A DNA stretch of 64,000 nucleotides from Octopus vulgaris (taxonomy: Eukaryota). Of the stretch, positions 1-13,526 are shown piece by piece; positions within the stretch are counted from its first letter, which is position 1, and the number at the start of each line of letters is the position of its first letter. The DNA is taken from NCBI GenBank assembly GCA_951406725.2, contig OX597815.1, positions 210,242,001 through 210,306,000 of the forward strand, in the 5' to 3' direction. The notes beneath the pieces are model-generated. The model did no database searches. It worked only from the letters and a program-made list of their open reading frames with translations, and was not told where the DNA came from. Both the position numbers and the translations under genes were made by a program.

Positions 1-1259
1 TAACAACGAAATCACGCACAGAGGAATATCAAACTGTTATACGCGAATCGTATCATGCTCACCTAATACTGTTGTGGGTAGGTTGTCATGTATACCGACT
101 TACAAGCCTCATGCATTCACAATTGGCATTGAATTTATGTGATTTTATTGTGTTAGCAGCCCAGACCATCCTTATATAAAATACGTCCAATATCATTCAA
201 AGGAACACGTCGGGTAGTCCGCGGCCAATATACGCATAGAGAAATTGATCATTGATCAATTGTCTTTTATGAGAAGATATTTTTCGACCAACAAACAGCT
301 GGCGACTGGCATACAATAAAAGACTGTGTGCAAGAGGAAAAGCGACTCAGGCAGACATTCACATGCATTTCTTAAAAACTATGATACGACGTTCCATGTA
401 AAACTTATGATTTACATATTTACATAAGACTCTTAAAGACAGATGTCTTTAAATGCTGAATATTAGTTCTCTTATGATATGTAATTTGCTATCAAATTAT
501 CTAGTCTCCATAGGTGTACTCAGCCACACAAATTGGTACGAAATAAAATCATGTTTCCAGTCTTCTCCGTACAGCATGTCAACAAATTCTTCTAGGCCTC
601 CGAATTATTGCTTATTAAATAACCTTCAAGTTTGCACTGTGCACCGTATTAACTTTTCACTTGGACTGGTTTTTGATATTGTGCATCATCATCTTTTAAA
701 ATCTTTCATGGCCTACCAGCAGGCTGAGACACTAATGTCTCCATGTATTTGCCGGTGATCTCATAAAATTGCTTCTTAAACATTTACATGTATCTTACAT
801 TTCAAACATGCAAATCTGACCCTTGTTTCTCAACATGCACTTCACAACTTACACATTCATACCTTATTGGTTGACGTGTGCGTACTTATAATAAAGCTTG
901 TGCTTCAGTTCATAAACATAGTGTGTACGATGGCTGTCCGCGCAATATCTATCAAGCCAATTCTTCGCAGATATTCTGTGGCCGAAGGAATTTCGTATAA
1001 TACACATTCCTATAGAAGTGAAGAATTGTATCCAATGGCTAAATTTGTCATGTATATGCATCCATGTATGTATGTTTATACTTATTTGTGTATGTCTGTG
1101 TGTGTGTGTATGTATATAAATCTATGAATATGTGTATGTGTAAATGAATTTGCATGTGAAATCATATATATGGACATATATATAGATGTACTCATATACG
1201 GGTATACACTAAACCCCTACATATATATATATATGCACACATACACACACATACTCACG

Positions 1260-1363
<104 letters not shown>

Positions 1364-2559
1364 CATATATATAAAAGAAATAGCAGTCCTTGCAAAATGG
1401 AAACATGAAAACATTTATCTTTTTGTAATTATGGAGAAAAAAGATCGTATGAATTCTTTACATTGAATAACTGAAACTTTAGAAAAGCACTGAAGGCAAT
1501 AATTCGAACAAATCAAGATTTCATTCAATGCACATAATTGGAAGATGCTTATTGATTCCACAAAGACAAGTATGAACTCACCTTTGTTACTTAACAAACT
1601 ATATGTATCTTGCAGAACCAAACAACGTCTAGCATATATATATATATATATATATCTATATATACACATATATATATTTATATGTGTGTGTGTGTGTGTA
1701 TGCAATACGAAGCCTTGAGTCTCCAGATAAAATGTTAAGATACCATCGGCAATATTATTTTGTTATGCCTTAACATAATACATGAAATTCAATGCGATTC
1801 TGCTAGATGTTATATTTATGTTTATGGAAAAGCAGCCTTCTCTGGCATTTGCTAAATCCATAGAGAACACCCAGTCGCTTTTGCATTACATTTGACGAAA
1901 ATTTAAAGCTTGCTTTTGAAACTTATTTTCTACATCTAAGAAATATACATGTTTGTGAAATGCACATAAACTTTCGATTAATTTTGTAAATATTGTAAAA
2001 TGATGAAACACGCAAAAAACACCTGTCATATAATTGAAGTTGTATATATTTGTATATGATGCTATAGTTGTTATAGAATACAAGATTTGAAAACGGATGA
2101 AAGAAAGCAATAAGAAAACGAGATAACTGATGCTGTGTCAAAATCCCATAAAATAGTTACATTTATATCATAAAACAAACCGGTTGAAGTAATTTTGGTA
2201 TTATTTGGAATATTTGTTGTCTTTTTTGAAAAACCCTTTATTCTCTTCCAAATAGGTAATTCCCAAAATTGTGGGGAAGAAAGCAGTTTAGTTACATTTC
2301 TTAGCAGGTAATTATTTTATTAACGTCTGAACACTGAACTGAAAAACGTTGCGCGTTACATCATTTGAATGCTGTAAGTTAAAGGAGGGAACAGAGCACC
2401 AAAAGGCATTTAATTCGTTGCTCTATAAACCATAACGTCAATCTCCCTCCTCTACATGGCCGTCATCCTTCTTCTCCATATCAAAATGATGATGATGATG
2501 ATGACGACGACGATGGTGTCGATGATGGTGGTGATCATGATGATATTAAAAATAACATC

Positions 2560-2649
2560 AACAGCAACAAAAATAACAACAACAACAATAACAATAATAA
2601 TAATAATAATAAAAATAATAATAATAATAAAAATAATAAAACTACTGAA

Positions 2650-2712
<63 letters not shown>

Positions 2713-2720
2713 CAGCCACA
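2560..2720 (+). repeat. (AAC)/(AAT)n trinucleotide microsatellite
   Basis: Direct reading; it produces the spurious poly-N/poly-I/poly-L ORFs. Confidence 0.95.
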
Positions 2721-3399
2721 ACAATCCTTTCTACTATAGGAACAAAACCTGAAATTTAAGGGAAGAGACTAGTCAGTGTAATCGATTCCAGTGCGTAACT
2801 GGTACTTATTTCATCGATCACCGATTGTACTTCCCGAAAACTAAAATTGATAATAAAGCAATATCAATAATAAATAGACATAGTCCTTGTACTGGTCAAA
2901 CTATGCGACGTCCTCACAAACGCAGACGGTCTGTTGATATGAACCATAAAGCGATCCAGTGCCATGATCAAGCATTGCTAGACAAGAACAATGGCAAATG
3001 TGATGCTGATCATTAAAACTTTGGAACCAACTGGGTACGATCCACATTACAGAAAACGGATTTATGTATCAGATAAAAATAATTCGGATTAGAGGTCTTC
3101 TTTATAAGACCCAGATTCAGACAATCAGGAAAGGCCACCGTAATGGTGAAGATCTCACAGAGAATAACGCAGGTGAAGATCAGTGAATGCGTAGCCAAGG
3201 TGAAGTTGTACTGGAGGAGAGGCCGGTTAATCAATATTATGTAAAAAGCCAAGAGCCGCGTACCCGAGTGATTTTTTCCATGGGAAAAATCAGCTACTGG
3301 TTCAAGTTTTCCCGAAACACAAGAGCTGGAAGTACCCCACAACCGAAATCTTCCAACAGATGGACATCCATGCTCCTCATCATATAACCAAAAGAAAAA

Positions 3400-5534
3400 G
3401 AATGAAAAGTGGTTTAGAGGAAATAATAAAGAATTTCTTAGGGCCTTCTATCATGCCGTGTATTTCCACACTAATAAATCTAAGGATGTACAAACCTACT
3501 TAAACTGGGAATAAAAGAACTTTGAAGTAAGACCCTATATAGACATTAAATTTAAGAAATGAAAGGAAAAATATATGACAACTATACTTGACATCGATAC
3601 CACCATTGAATCTATCAAGCAAAAGGTATGTGCTAAGGCTGCCCGCATAGCAAGGCGTGAAAGGCGCGTAAGATTCTCCATGGATAACAACATGTTAAAA
3701 AATAACTCAAAAAGGTTTTACAGGAAGATAGGGAAAATACAAGTTACAGTAAAGTGTGTCCCATCAAAAGAAGTGCAAGAATTTTGGAATATAATTTGGC
3801 AGGAGAAAAAAAATGATGGAAAGGCTCCTTGGATTGATAAAATATATTGAGACTTAGACTCCTTAGAAGAGCAAAAGTGGGAGGGTATCAAGGTAGAGGA
3901 TGTAAGATCTACTCTCAGGAAGTGAAGCAAATGGAAGTCTCCAGGAAAGGATAAATTTCCTAACTTCTGGCCGAATGCCTTCCCAGAGTCATGAACTGCT
4001 AACAAAACTTTACAACAATGTATTGCAACAACTTAGTATGATTTCCTTTTGGCTAGTCAATGATGCTACATTTTTACTTTCAAAACATGAAGAAACAAAT
4101 GAACCAAAAAAATATAAACCATAACCTGTTAACATGTGTCTTGACCAAGTATACCTATAGTTTTTTAATAGGAAGTGGCATATTCCCTAATGCAGAAAAA
4201 GGATGTAAACGTGGGTCCTATGGTTGTAAAGATCAGTTACTTATCAATACGATGTTCTTTGAAGATTGTCACAAACGACACAAAAACTTTCGATGGGCTG
4301 GATAGACTATAAAAAGGCTTTTGATAGTCTACCACATAGCTGGATTAAGAAATGTCTGGAAGTGCATAAAATAGCACCTACTCTGCGAAACTTCTTGTCT
4401 GTAAGTATGAGATCATGGAGAACCACACTATCTTTGAAGAGTGACAATGAATCTCTCAGTGCTGGAGACGTAAGAATTTTATGTGTCATTTTCCAGGGTG
4501 ACTCTCTATCACTACTCCTCTTTTGCCCAGCCTTAATACCTCTCTCGAAATTGCACGATGATGTACAATACGGCTATAAAATGTTTGATAAAAATAGAAA
4601 TCATCTCTCTTTGCAAGAAATGTCCAACTACAGGGTTTACTAGCGATTATTAGGCAATTTAGTGATGACATTAGGATGCAATTTAGCCACGATAAATCTG
4701 CTAAAGCTACCTTTATCAAATGAAAAATGACAAAAACACCTAATGTTAATCTTGACAAGCAGAAAGTCATAAAGGAGTTAGAACTATCGGAGAGTTACAA
4801 ATACCAAGGAGTATTTGAAGGTGATGGAATCAAACATTCAATGATGAGGGAAAGGTTCCGAAGAGGATATTATCGCAGGGTAAGGGCGATACTCAAAGCA
4901 GAGCTAAATGAAAGAATATGTGGAACTTCGAGAGTAAAACAATACCTATTTCTTTATTACCCACAAGGGGCTAAACACAGAGGGGACAAACGAGGACATA
5001 CATAAGTATTAAGTCGATTATATCGACCCCAGTGCGTAACTGGTACTTAATTTATCGACCCCGAAAGGATGAAAGACAAAGTCGACCTCGGCGGAATTTG
5101 AACTCACAACGTAATGGCAGACGAAATACCGCTAAGCATTTCGCCCTGCGTGCTAACGTTTCTGCCAGCTCGCCGCCTTTTGACTAAAACAATACCTGTT
5201 GCCATAGGTGTCTTAGGAATGATAGCAAAGGGGGCCGATTGCTAGCTAGCTCATATACCCGGAAATCCCAATATTGCAGAGATTCAAAAGTTAGTGCTCA
5301 TGGGAACTGCCCATACCCTACATAAAATGCTGTCTACGTAATCTCAAATATTAAAACAAACTCATAGTTTTCTTGTTTTCCTAAACATTCTCTAGGACAA
5401 AATTATGTGCAAAACCAAATATACGACACCCTATGTATAATACCAGCATGCACCTCTAACTTGCTATCTCTTGATGTCTCTGGGTGAGACTTGGAGTTAA
5501 CTTGTACAAATACAATGCAAAAGTCAAACATAAA

Positions 5535-5535
<1 letters not shown>
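3400..5535 (+). mobile_element. Dong/R4-clade non-LTR retrotransposon, degenerate and internally deleted (RT plus REL endonuclease end)
   Basis: Frameshifted RT motifs KGCKRGSYGCKDQLLIN, WIDYKKAFDSLPHSWI, IFQGDSLS, ESYKYQGV, RRVRAILKAELN; then a jump to the REL C-terminus (KTIPVAIGVLGMI...IQKLVLMGTAH); ends in (TAA)n. 5' boundary approximate. Confidence 0.9.
4948..5184 (-). mobile_element. tRNA-derived SINE family A inserted in the Dong LINE
   Basis: Head GGCGGCGAGCTGGCAGAAACGTTAGC, B-box GAGTTCAAATTCC; 13-bp TSD taaaacaatacct at 4935-4947 and 5185-5197. Confidence 0.9.
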
Positions 5536-5591
<56 letters not shown>

Positions 5592-5592
<1 letters not shown>

Positions 5593-6194
5593 GTTTGCCG
5601 ACAAGTGGTATAATCACCACCCTGAGGCTGTAACTGAAGGAGAAAATGTAACCATTCTGTGGGACTTTCCAGTACATACAGACCGAACCATCAAGGCCAA
5701 TAAACCAGATATTGTTGTGAAAGACCAAAACAATAAAGTATGCTTATTGATCGACATGAGCATCCCCTGTGATCATAATATCTCAGCGAAAGAGTTTGAC
5801 AAGCTCAGAAAATATAAAGACCTACTCATTGAAATTGAGAAAATGTGGCATATCAAGGCGGTTACAATACCAGTGATCGTAGGAGCACTCGGAATGATCA
5901 AGAAGGGAACCGAAAATTATATGAGAATGATCCCTGGCTTACCATCCCTGCAAGAAGTGCAAAAGATTGTCTTAACTGGTACATCACACGTATTGAGAAG
6001 AGCATTGTCGATGTGAGAACTGTTGCTGCTCATGTATTTTAATTTAACTTTAAAAAAAAAATTTTTTTTTTAATGAACGAACTACTGAGTTTGGTTTAAT
6101 GGCCTACCAATGTATACTATGAGTTTCTTTGCCCTAGGAGTCGGGAAGACACTCGGCAAGAAATGGAAGCAAATTTGAAAGAAGAAAAAAAAAG
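5592..6194 (+). mobile_element. 5'-truncated Dong/R4 LINE 3' end (REL endonuclease)
   Basis: Open frame ILWDFPVHTDRTIKANKPDIVVKD...LIDMSIP...KLRKYKDL...IPVIVGALG...QKIVLTGTSHVLRRAL; (TAA)n on both sides. Confidence 0.92.
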
Positions 6195-6288
6195 TAATAA
6201 TAATAATAATAATAATAAAAATAATAATAATAATAAAAAAAAATTAAAAAATAATAATAATAATGATAATAATAATAATAATAATAAC

Positions 6289-6852
6289 CTACATACATTG
6301 GAAGCTATGCCAACATTATGGAATAACAACAGAAAAAAGATGGTATAGGCACACATCGGAAAAGGTCACAGAAAACGAGAAAGCAACCATACTCTGGGAT
6401 ATGCCGATACACACAGATAGAGAAATTAAGGCCAACAGACCAGATATAGTTGTCAGAGATCATGAAGAAAAAAATGCTTTCTAATTGATGTATTAATACC
6501 GGCAGATGACAACGTGTCTCTAAAAGAAATGGAGAAACTCTCAAAATACAAAGACCTGGAAATAGAGGTAACTAGAATGTGGAATCTGAAAACAGAAACA
6601 ATTCCTATCATAGTAGGTGCATTAGGCATGATAAAAAAATATTCAGACAAATACATAACAAAAACACCAGGACTTACAAACACATATAACATACAGAAAA
6701 TTGCACTACTAAGCACTGCACACATCCTACGCAGAACACTTTCCATACAATAACCATCAGAGCATCACAACAAATCACAGCACATACCCAAGGCACACAG
6801 AGCTGCGCTCGGTAGTGAAGTGAAAGCACGCTATAAAAATAAAACTACTGAA
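6289..6852 (+). mobile_element. Second 5'-truncated Dong/R4 LINE 3' end, different subfamily
   Basis: IHWKLCQHYG...ILWDMPIHTDREIKANRPDIVV (frameshift) EKLSKYKDLEIEVTRMW...IPIIVGALG...QKIALLSTAHILRRTL; (TAA)n on both sides. Confidence 0.92.
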
Positions 6853-6881
6853 TAAAATAATAATAATTATTATTATAATAA

Positions 6882-6979
<98 letters not shown>

Positions 6980-7480
6980 GAGGCTAGAGAGAGGCAAGAC
7001 GTGATATGAGGACAAACCGCAGAGAGTGGTGGAGTCGGAAACTAACAAAATGCTCTGGGATTTCTCCATCGAAAGAGATCAGGTTTTAGAGTATGAGAGA
7101 CCGGACCTATTGGTAGTGGACAAGGTGCACCATATATGCTATATAGTTGATGTAGTATGTCTCTTTCACCCACGAATAGTGACGAAAGAAGGCGAAAAGA
7201 AATAGCTCGGCAATGAAAAACGAAGATGGTGCAGATACTGCCAATTATTTCTGTGTCCTTGGCAACAGCATTAGAAGGCATCAAGAGGAATATAAAGGAA
7301 AGTAGAATAGAATGCCCAGTAGAACTGTTACAAAGTTTTGCCATCATTGCACGGCCAGAATAATCAGGAAAGTATTAGATAGCTGAAAAAAACGAACAAC
7401 ATGGCTGAAGTTAGTAAGACCGCTACGCATGCAAGACTCCGGGAGCTCCAACAAAACTTGTGATAAAGAGACATGATGAC
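6980..7480 (+). mobile_element. Old degenerate Dong/R4 LINE 3' relic
   Basis: LWDFSI...RPDLLVVDK and ..RIIRKVL-like remnants directly after the (TAC)n(TAA)n tract. Confidence 0.6.
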
Positions 7481-8667
7481 AAAGATATTATGAAGAAGAG
7501 TAAGTTGACAAGATGATAAATTAAGGAAAAATGGGAATTAAAATGATAGGAAAAGTGATGGAAAGAGTTAATAGGGAAGAGTATAGAAGAATAGAGATGT
7601 GAAGGAGGAAGCTGATATTTAACTAGCATACATCATCGATTTTCGTCACATGATCTGAGTTATACTTTAACCCAATCTACTCTCTCTCATATACGAGATT
7701 TATAGAAGTGAGATCAGTGTGAATAACAGATTGCTATAGGAGAAAATGCTAACCACTCCCGTTCGCTATCATGTTGCACAGCTATAGTGTTCTTCATTAT
7801 AAAATAACTCATGCGAATCTAGCCATGCTCATGACATTGATGGAGATATTAGAATTTATTTGACTCTATTATACAATTTGGAATATGATAACGCTCGATT
7901 ATACCACATGACACGAAGGAATAGAAGTTAGTGTTAGCCTATTAAATAATCAACAATTTTTCTGCACTGAAGATAATGTTTGAATAAATGTAGTAATTGA
8001 TGGAGTTTTCAGTTTCATTGTTTATTTATTTGTTTAATTATTTTATCTACCTCCAAAACAACTGAATTCTATTCTTAATTTTAAATGTTTTATTGATGAG
8101 AAATTATATACCTGATAACATGATATAATAGAATTTAATACTCGAATATATCTTGTTTTATGTTTTAAAATGATGTATTAGAAGCTACTTTTAACTAGCT
8201 TATGAAGTCCACTTAACTTCATAAATTTCTGTCAATGCTTTAACAGCTATATCAATTAATTTTAGTAATTTGATAATTGTTAATATAACACAAGTTTTAT
8301 TTTTAATTTCTGATCCGCTAATTGCTCACTTAATGAACCTCATTTCTTATGGAAACTGATGGGATTTTTCATTCAAAATTTAAAATTCACATTGGTAGAT
8401 TACTATAAATTTCTGTATCTATTCATTCGAAAGATATTTAAAGTTACATGTTTATATATAATTACGTATGCTTACCTGCATAGATACTAATATACATACA
8501 TAAACATGAGCATACATGCATAGCCAAACTCATACATATGGTTACATATATGGAAATATATATATATATATATATATATAAATATATATATGTGTGTATA
8601 TATGTAGATATGTATATATATGTATGTCTATACATATATATATATATGTATATACACACACACACAC

Positions 8668-8730
<63 letters not shown>

Positions 8731-9237
8731 CGGAGTAAACACATAATTGTGAAACAAGGTGGAAAAATGAGTACTCAAATACCAGGGGTAGAGTATATAT
8801 ATATGCACACGCACACACATATGCATACATGTATATGACGGAAATCAAAACAATAATCATTTAGACTCCGTAAAATGAACAATTATAGATTAGAAGGTAG
8901 AAGAGATAGACTATGATGGACAATCGTCAACATGTAATCAGAACATCATTAAAATAAGAGATTTGCATGTGGTGTTGCACATTCATATAAAATGTATACA
9001 TCTTCAGCATAAGCTTTGATATCAGAAATTTCCAATATGGTTTACTTGAAGAAACACCAATTAAATTGTTAAATTTAAATATCACATTGTTATGCACATT
9101 CTTACTTTGATGTACAATTTATAATTCTTGTTCATATTCCAGTAAATGCAGAACTGGAATTTCTTATGCCATGCTAAAATAACTGGCACGCCAACATCGT
9201 AGCTATCTCTATAAAAGTACATTAGCCTGTGAATTAA

Positions 9238-11196
9238 CCTTCTGTCTACAAATGGGTTCAATGGAACCATTTCCGTTTTTCAGTTGCTTTTTCCTACTGT
9301 TTATATTATTTGGTTCTGTTGATTTCTCGCGACTCTTATTTTCTCGACTCTCTTTGACTCTCTCAAATGGGAAATTTTCCGTATGTTTATAAAAGCTAGA
9401 ATATTTCACTTTATACATCAATTATCGTATGGGTCCATTGGACCCTCGAATTAAATTCAGACAATACTCTTGTCGTTCTAAACAGAATAAAAGCAGTATC
9501 AAATATTATTTTATTAGATATTTATCAGATATAAAATAGATAAAATTGTACTAAATATATTTGCTGAATTTTAGATAGAATAGGGGAAATTATGAAAATA
9601 TTCCTGTAAAGTTGTGTGGTATTGCATCACCATCCATCTGCTAGGTTATAGGGTGATGCAATATTTCTATGTGTTGATGCAATTCTTACAATATATTGCA
9701 TCATCTTTCAGGAGAGTATAAATATGTGAGAGAGCAATAGTCTGCCTTCTATCAAGTTTCATTTGTTCAGTTGTGCTTTCCAACTGCCTAGACGTGAAAA
9801 CATGACTGAAGACCAAATATAAGAAAGGTCATTTGAATTAGATGAAGAATGGGAAGAAGATAGTAGTGATTCTTTCTATTGCTCTTAAGAGGATGGTGAA
9901 AGTGATGTTTGCTGGACAGTTTAGGGTCTGTGTCATCAGATGATGAAGACACTCAAAAACAATTACCTGCAAGCCACCCAATTGTGAATGAGCATTATAT
10001 TTCTAGAATCAGACAAGACGTTTGGCATTCTAATCCTCTTACTCAAGCAGCAGTAAGAACTCAATCTTGCAATATTGTGCACCAAGAATGTGAACAATCC
10101 CAATTTGCTAAAAGGTATTGCGATGGCATTGAAGCATGTTTCACTATCTTTATGCGCCAGAATCTTCTTGAAGTAATTCATAAATGAACAAATTTTGAAG
10201 ATCAGGTTGTTTACAGAGATAAATGGAAGAAAACTGATTACTCTGAACTAAAGAATGTTTGGACTGATTATTCTTATAAGTGTTTATAAATCTAAACCAG
10301 AAAATGTCACGCAGTTATGCAATCAAGAAGAAGGCCACTCAATATTCAACAAAATTATAACCCGGGAAAGATTTCAGCAGATTTTAGAAGTATTGCATTT
10401 TGATGATGCTAGTGCAAGAAGAATGAAGAGAGTGATGATAAATTGGAGCCCATAAGAGAAGTATTTGAAATGTGGAATCAGAATTTACAAGATGGATATG
10501 TTCCAAGTACATGTATGACAGTTGATGAACAATTAGTTTCATTCTATGATCCTATTTTATTGTCCCAAGAAAATTATGTAGTCACACTTATGAGTATAAT
10601 GCACTCTCAGCCTTCAATTGATTCAAAAAAGTGCTGAAAACAAACCTGGTTATATTCTACAACCTGATTGATATAAGTGTAGCGAATGCTTTCATTTTTG
10701 CTAAACAGCTTCACTTGCAAAGGTTCAAGAATAAAAGAAAATAGTGCCTAAGTCAGTTAGGAAAGAAACTCGCTGGGATTAATGTTAAACAAGAACAGGA
10801 TAAACAAACTTGTAGTTCTGCTAACATTTCTCAACCAAACAAGAAAAGATGTTCTTTGTGTAGCCCCCCCCCCCAAAAGACAGGAAAACTTATACCACAT
10901 GTAGGAATTGTAAAATCCATGTTTGCCAAGAACATTCCAAAGCTGTCTCTGCATTCACTGCCACAGAGAACTGAAATTCTGTATTTTTGTAATTCTTTAA
11001 ATGTGTGATATATTCTGTAAGCTGTATTTTGTTTTTTTAATTTGAGAGAAACAGTAATTCTTCACTCACCTGACAGCATATATAATGTAGCTAAGAATTA
11101 GTGGTAGTTTGAATAAAATTTAATTAAAAAAAAATGTTGGACCCATTGGACCCAGTTGGTAATTAGAGAATTACATTTTCTCTGGCAGACCAAGGG
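9238..11196 (+). mobile_element. piggyBac DNA transposon, internally deleted, pseudogenised transposase
   Basis: TTAA at 9234-9237 and 11197-11200; imperfect TIRs ccttctgtctac / ggcagaccaaggg; subterminal gggtccattggaccc-like palindromes; transposase motifs FGLIILISVYKS, RERFQQIL..LHFDD, TVDEQLVSF; C-terminal Cys-rich CSLC...CRNC...CQEH. Confidence 0.9.
9621..9724 (+). promoter_or_regulatory. Candidate piggyBac promoter: four TGATGCAAT sites plus TATA box
   Basis: attgcatca 9621-9629, tgatgcaat 9654-9662, tgatgcaat 9675-9683, attgcatca 9695-9703, TATAAATA 9717-9724, ATG near 9802. Confidence 0.55.
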
Positions 11197-11599
11197 TTAA
11201 TGTAGATAATCTTTCATTATATTTCAAACATATTTTTTGGATTGCTTCTTTTTTTATCACAATAATTGAATGAAACTCGAGAAAAGGAACTCATTCTCTG
11301 AATTTTTCGTGTCTTTCATGCGATTCATCTATGAAAACTTCCCACCTAAGAGCCCGCTTTCTTACACGATATCTTATAGCGGTAGCTTTCTTTCAAATCA
11401 CACTGTCCTTATTTTCTGTGATGAGATTACTGCTGATTGTTATTCTGACAGTACTGGAGTGTCCCAAAAGTAGATATTTCTTTCATATATTTATTTTTCT
11501 ATACATTAAAGATTCATATACCCTCATCTTCAACTACAAGCTCTTTCATTTGTTAGCGAGTTTCTGAAATTTAGCATCATCCAATTACAACGGGGGAAA

Positions 11600-12200
11600 T
11601 GCTTACGAAAGACCTGCACAACCAGCCTGGAGAATAAGCTCCGATACATCCTTCAGTGAAGTCTTACGAATCTTGCCCCTTCAGCAGCAGAAAGCAAGAT
11701 AGCTGTGCATATATATAAAACATTACCACAATTCAGTCCATATCTTCTCCTAAACTTCTACAAAGTTCCAGTGGGGCCTGCAACGAGGCAATGTTTCTGA
11801 TCAAAGTACATCCAACGATAGATCATCAAGAAGATATTCACAAACACACCCCGATTTTATCCCACAGAATTTCTACTCTTTCTACCATTTTATTTCTACT
11901 ATTGGTATCTGTTCCTCAGAGCAGGCTGGTTCCTGCCATCTCTAATCAAGCCTTCAAGCACTCCAGACTCATTCACCTCATCTTGTTATGCTATAATCAT
12001 AAGTCGTGACCCCGCACTAACCATTTGACCTCGTTTTTACAGAACGGCGGCCACCAGAAATTCATTCCTTGCTCTTGTTTTCACATAGCCGTAGACATAC
12101 AAATGCTCAAGTTGACCTTATACGACATCAGTCTCATTGGTCTTGGAGAGCCTGAGATGACCAGGAGAACATTACTCGTCCTTCACATCAATTCTTCAAA
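11600..12200 (+). mobile_element. Highly decayed CR1/Jockey-group LINE RT C-terminal relic
   Basis: Fragmentary LLNFYK..V.P, YIQR.I and GICSSEQAG resemble post-RT motifs of CR1-like LINEs; many stops. Confidence 0.4.
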
Positions 12201-13129
12201 AAAGAGAGAAAACCATCCTCTGTCTTCAACTCTCCATCATCATCATCATCATCATATTCATCATCATCATCATCATCATCATAATCATCATCACCATCAT
12301 CATCATCATAATCCCAGTCATCATTATTGCTATCATTGTAATTATTTTGTCACTTAAATTATTTGTTGTAGAATTATCTATTTGTAAATATTGTTGTTTG
12401 CGTAATTATATTTGTTTTTTTTTATTGTGTGCTCATTGTTGGTGTTCCTGTTATTCATTATGATATCTTGATGCATAGATTTGTTGTACGTGTTTTTTTT
12501 TTTCACGTTTCCTATTTCAACTTTGACAATAAGTTTTCCCATACATTTTTACGTTCATGCAAAGTTTATTTCTTCCTTGGATACATACCTTTCTTTCAAT
12601 AACAAACGATGACAGATTTGGCATTCCTACGCTGCTAATGTTGATGTTATGGTTTATGTCATAACTTCAGATGATGTTTTTTGTTGTTTTTTGCTTTGAA
12701 TGATTTTTATCCAATTTTCTTTATTACTATACTTGACATTGTTGTCACTGATTTTACTGTGAATGATACTCTTTTCACTATTTCCTTTTTTCGGTAAAAA
12801 TGCTGCATAAGTAGCTATGACATTTCTGAAAAGATGTTAAATGTTTGTAGATTTTTTTGTCTTGCATTATTTATAATTTAATCCGATTCGTTTCTCAGAT
12901 TTCTACTGCAAAATTTCAGCTTTTCTTAAATTTCATATTAAGAATTTATAAGTAAAATGCAATAAAAAGATACAATAAATTAAACGAAGCAAATAATTTT
13001 TTGTGTAGAAACTACTACGTGGTTTATTAAGCATAATAAACGCAAAACCGACTCATAAATACACACACACGGACACATATACGCACAGACACACACACAT
13101 ACACATACACACACATATATATGTATATG

Positions 13130-13365
13130 TTTCTTTATTACCCACAAGGAGCTAAACATAGAGGGGACAAACAAGAACAGACAAACGGATCAATTCGATG
13201 ATATTGACACCAGTGCGTAACTGGTACTTAATTTATCGACCCCGAAAGGATGAGAGACAAAGTCAACCTCGGCGGAATTTGAACTCAGAACGTAACGGCA
13301 GACGAAATAAGGAAGGCTACGTATTTCGCCCGGTGTGCTAACGTTTCTGCTAGCTCGCCACCTTT
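13130..13365 (-). mobile_element. SINE family A
   Basis: High similarity to the 4948-5184 copy. Confidence 0.9.
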
Positions 13366-13483
13366 CATATATATGTATATGTATATATATGTGTGTGTGT
13401 GTATGTGTGTGTTTGCATAGTTTTCATGCTTCTGGACTTATAAATTGTTTATAGGGACAAATATTCAGACGTAATTTCATAGT

Positions 13484-13526
<43 letters not shown>

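Noticed and set aside
12234-12320. Poly-His ORF
   Set aside because: (CAT)n microsatellite without coding context
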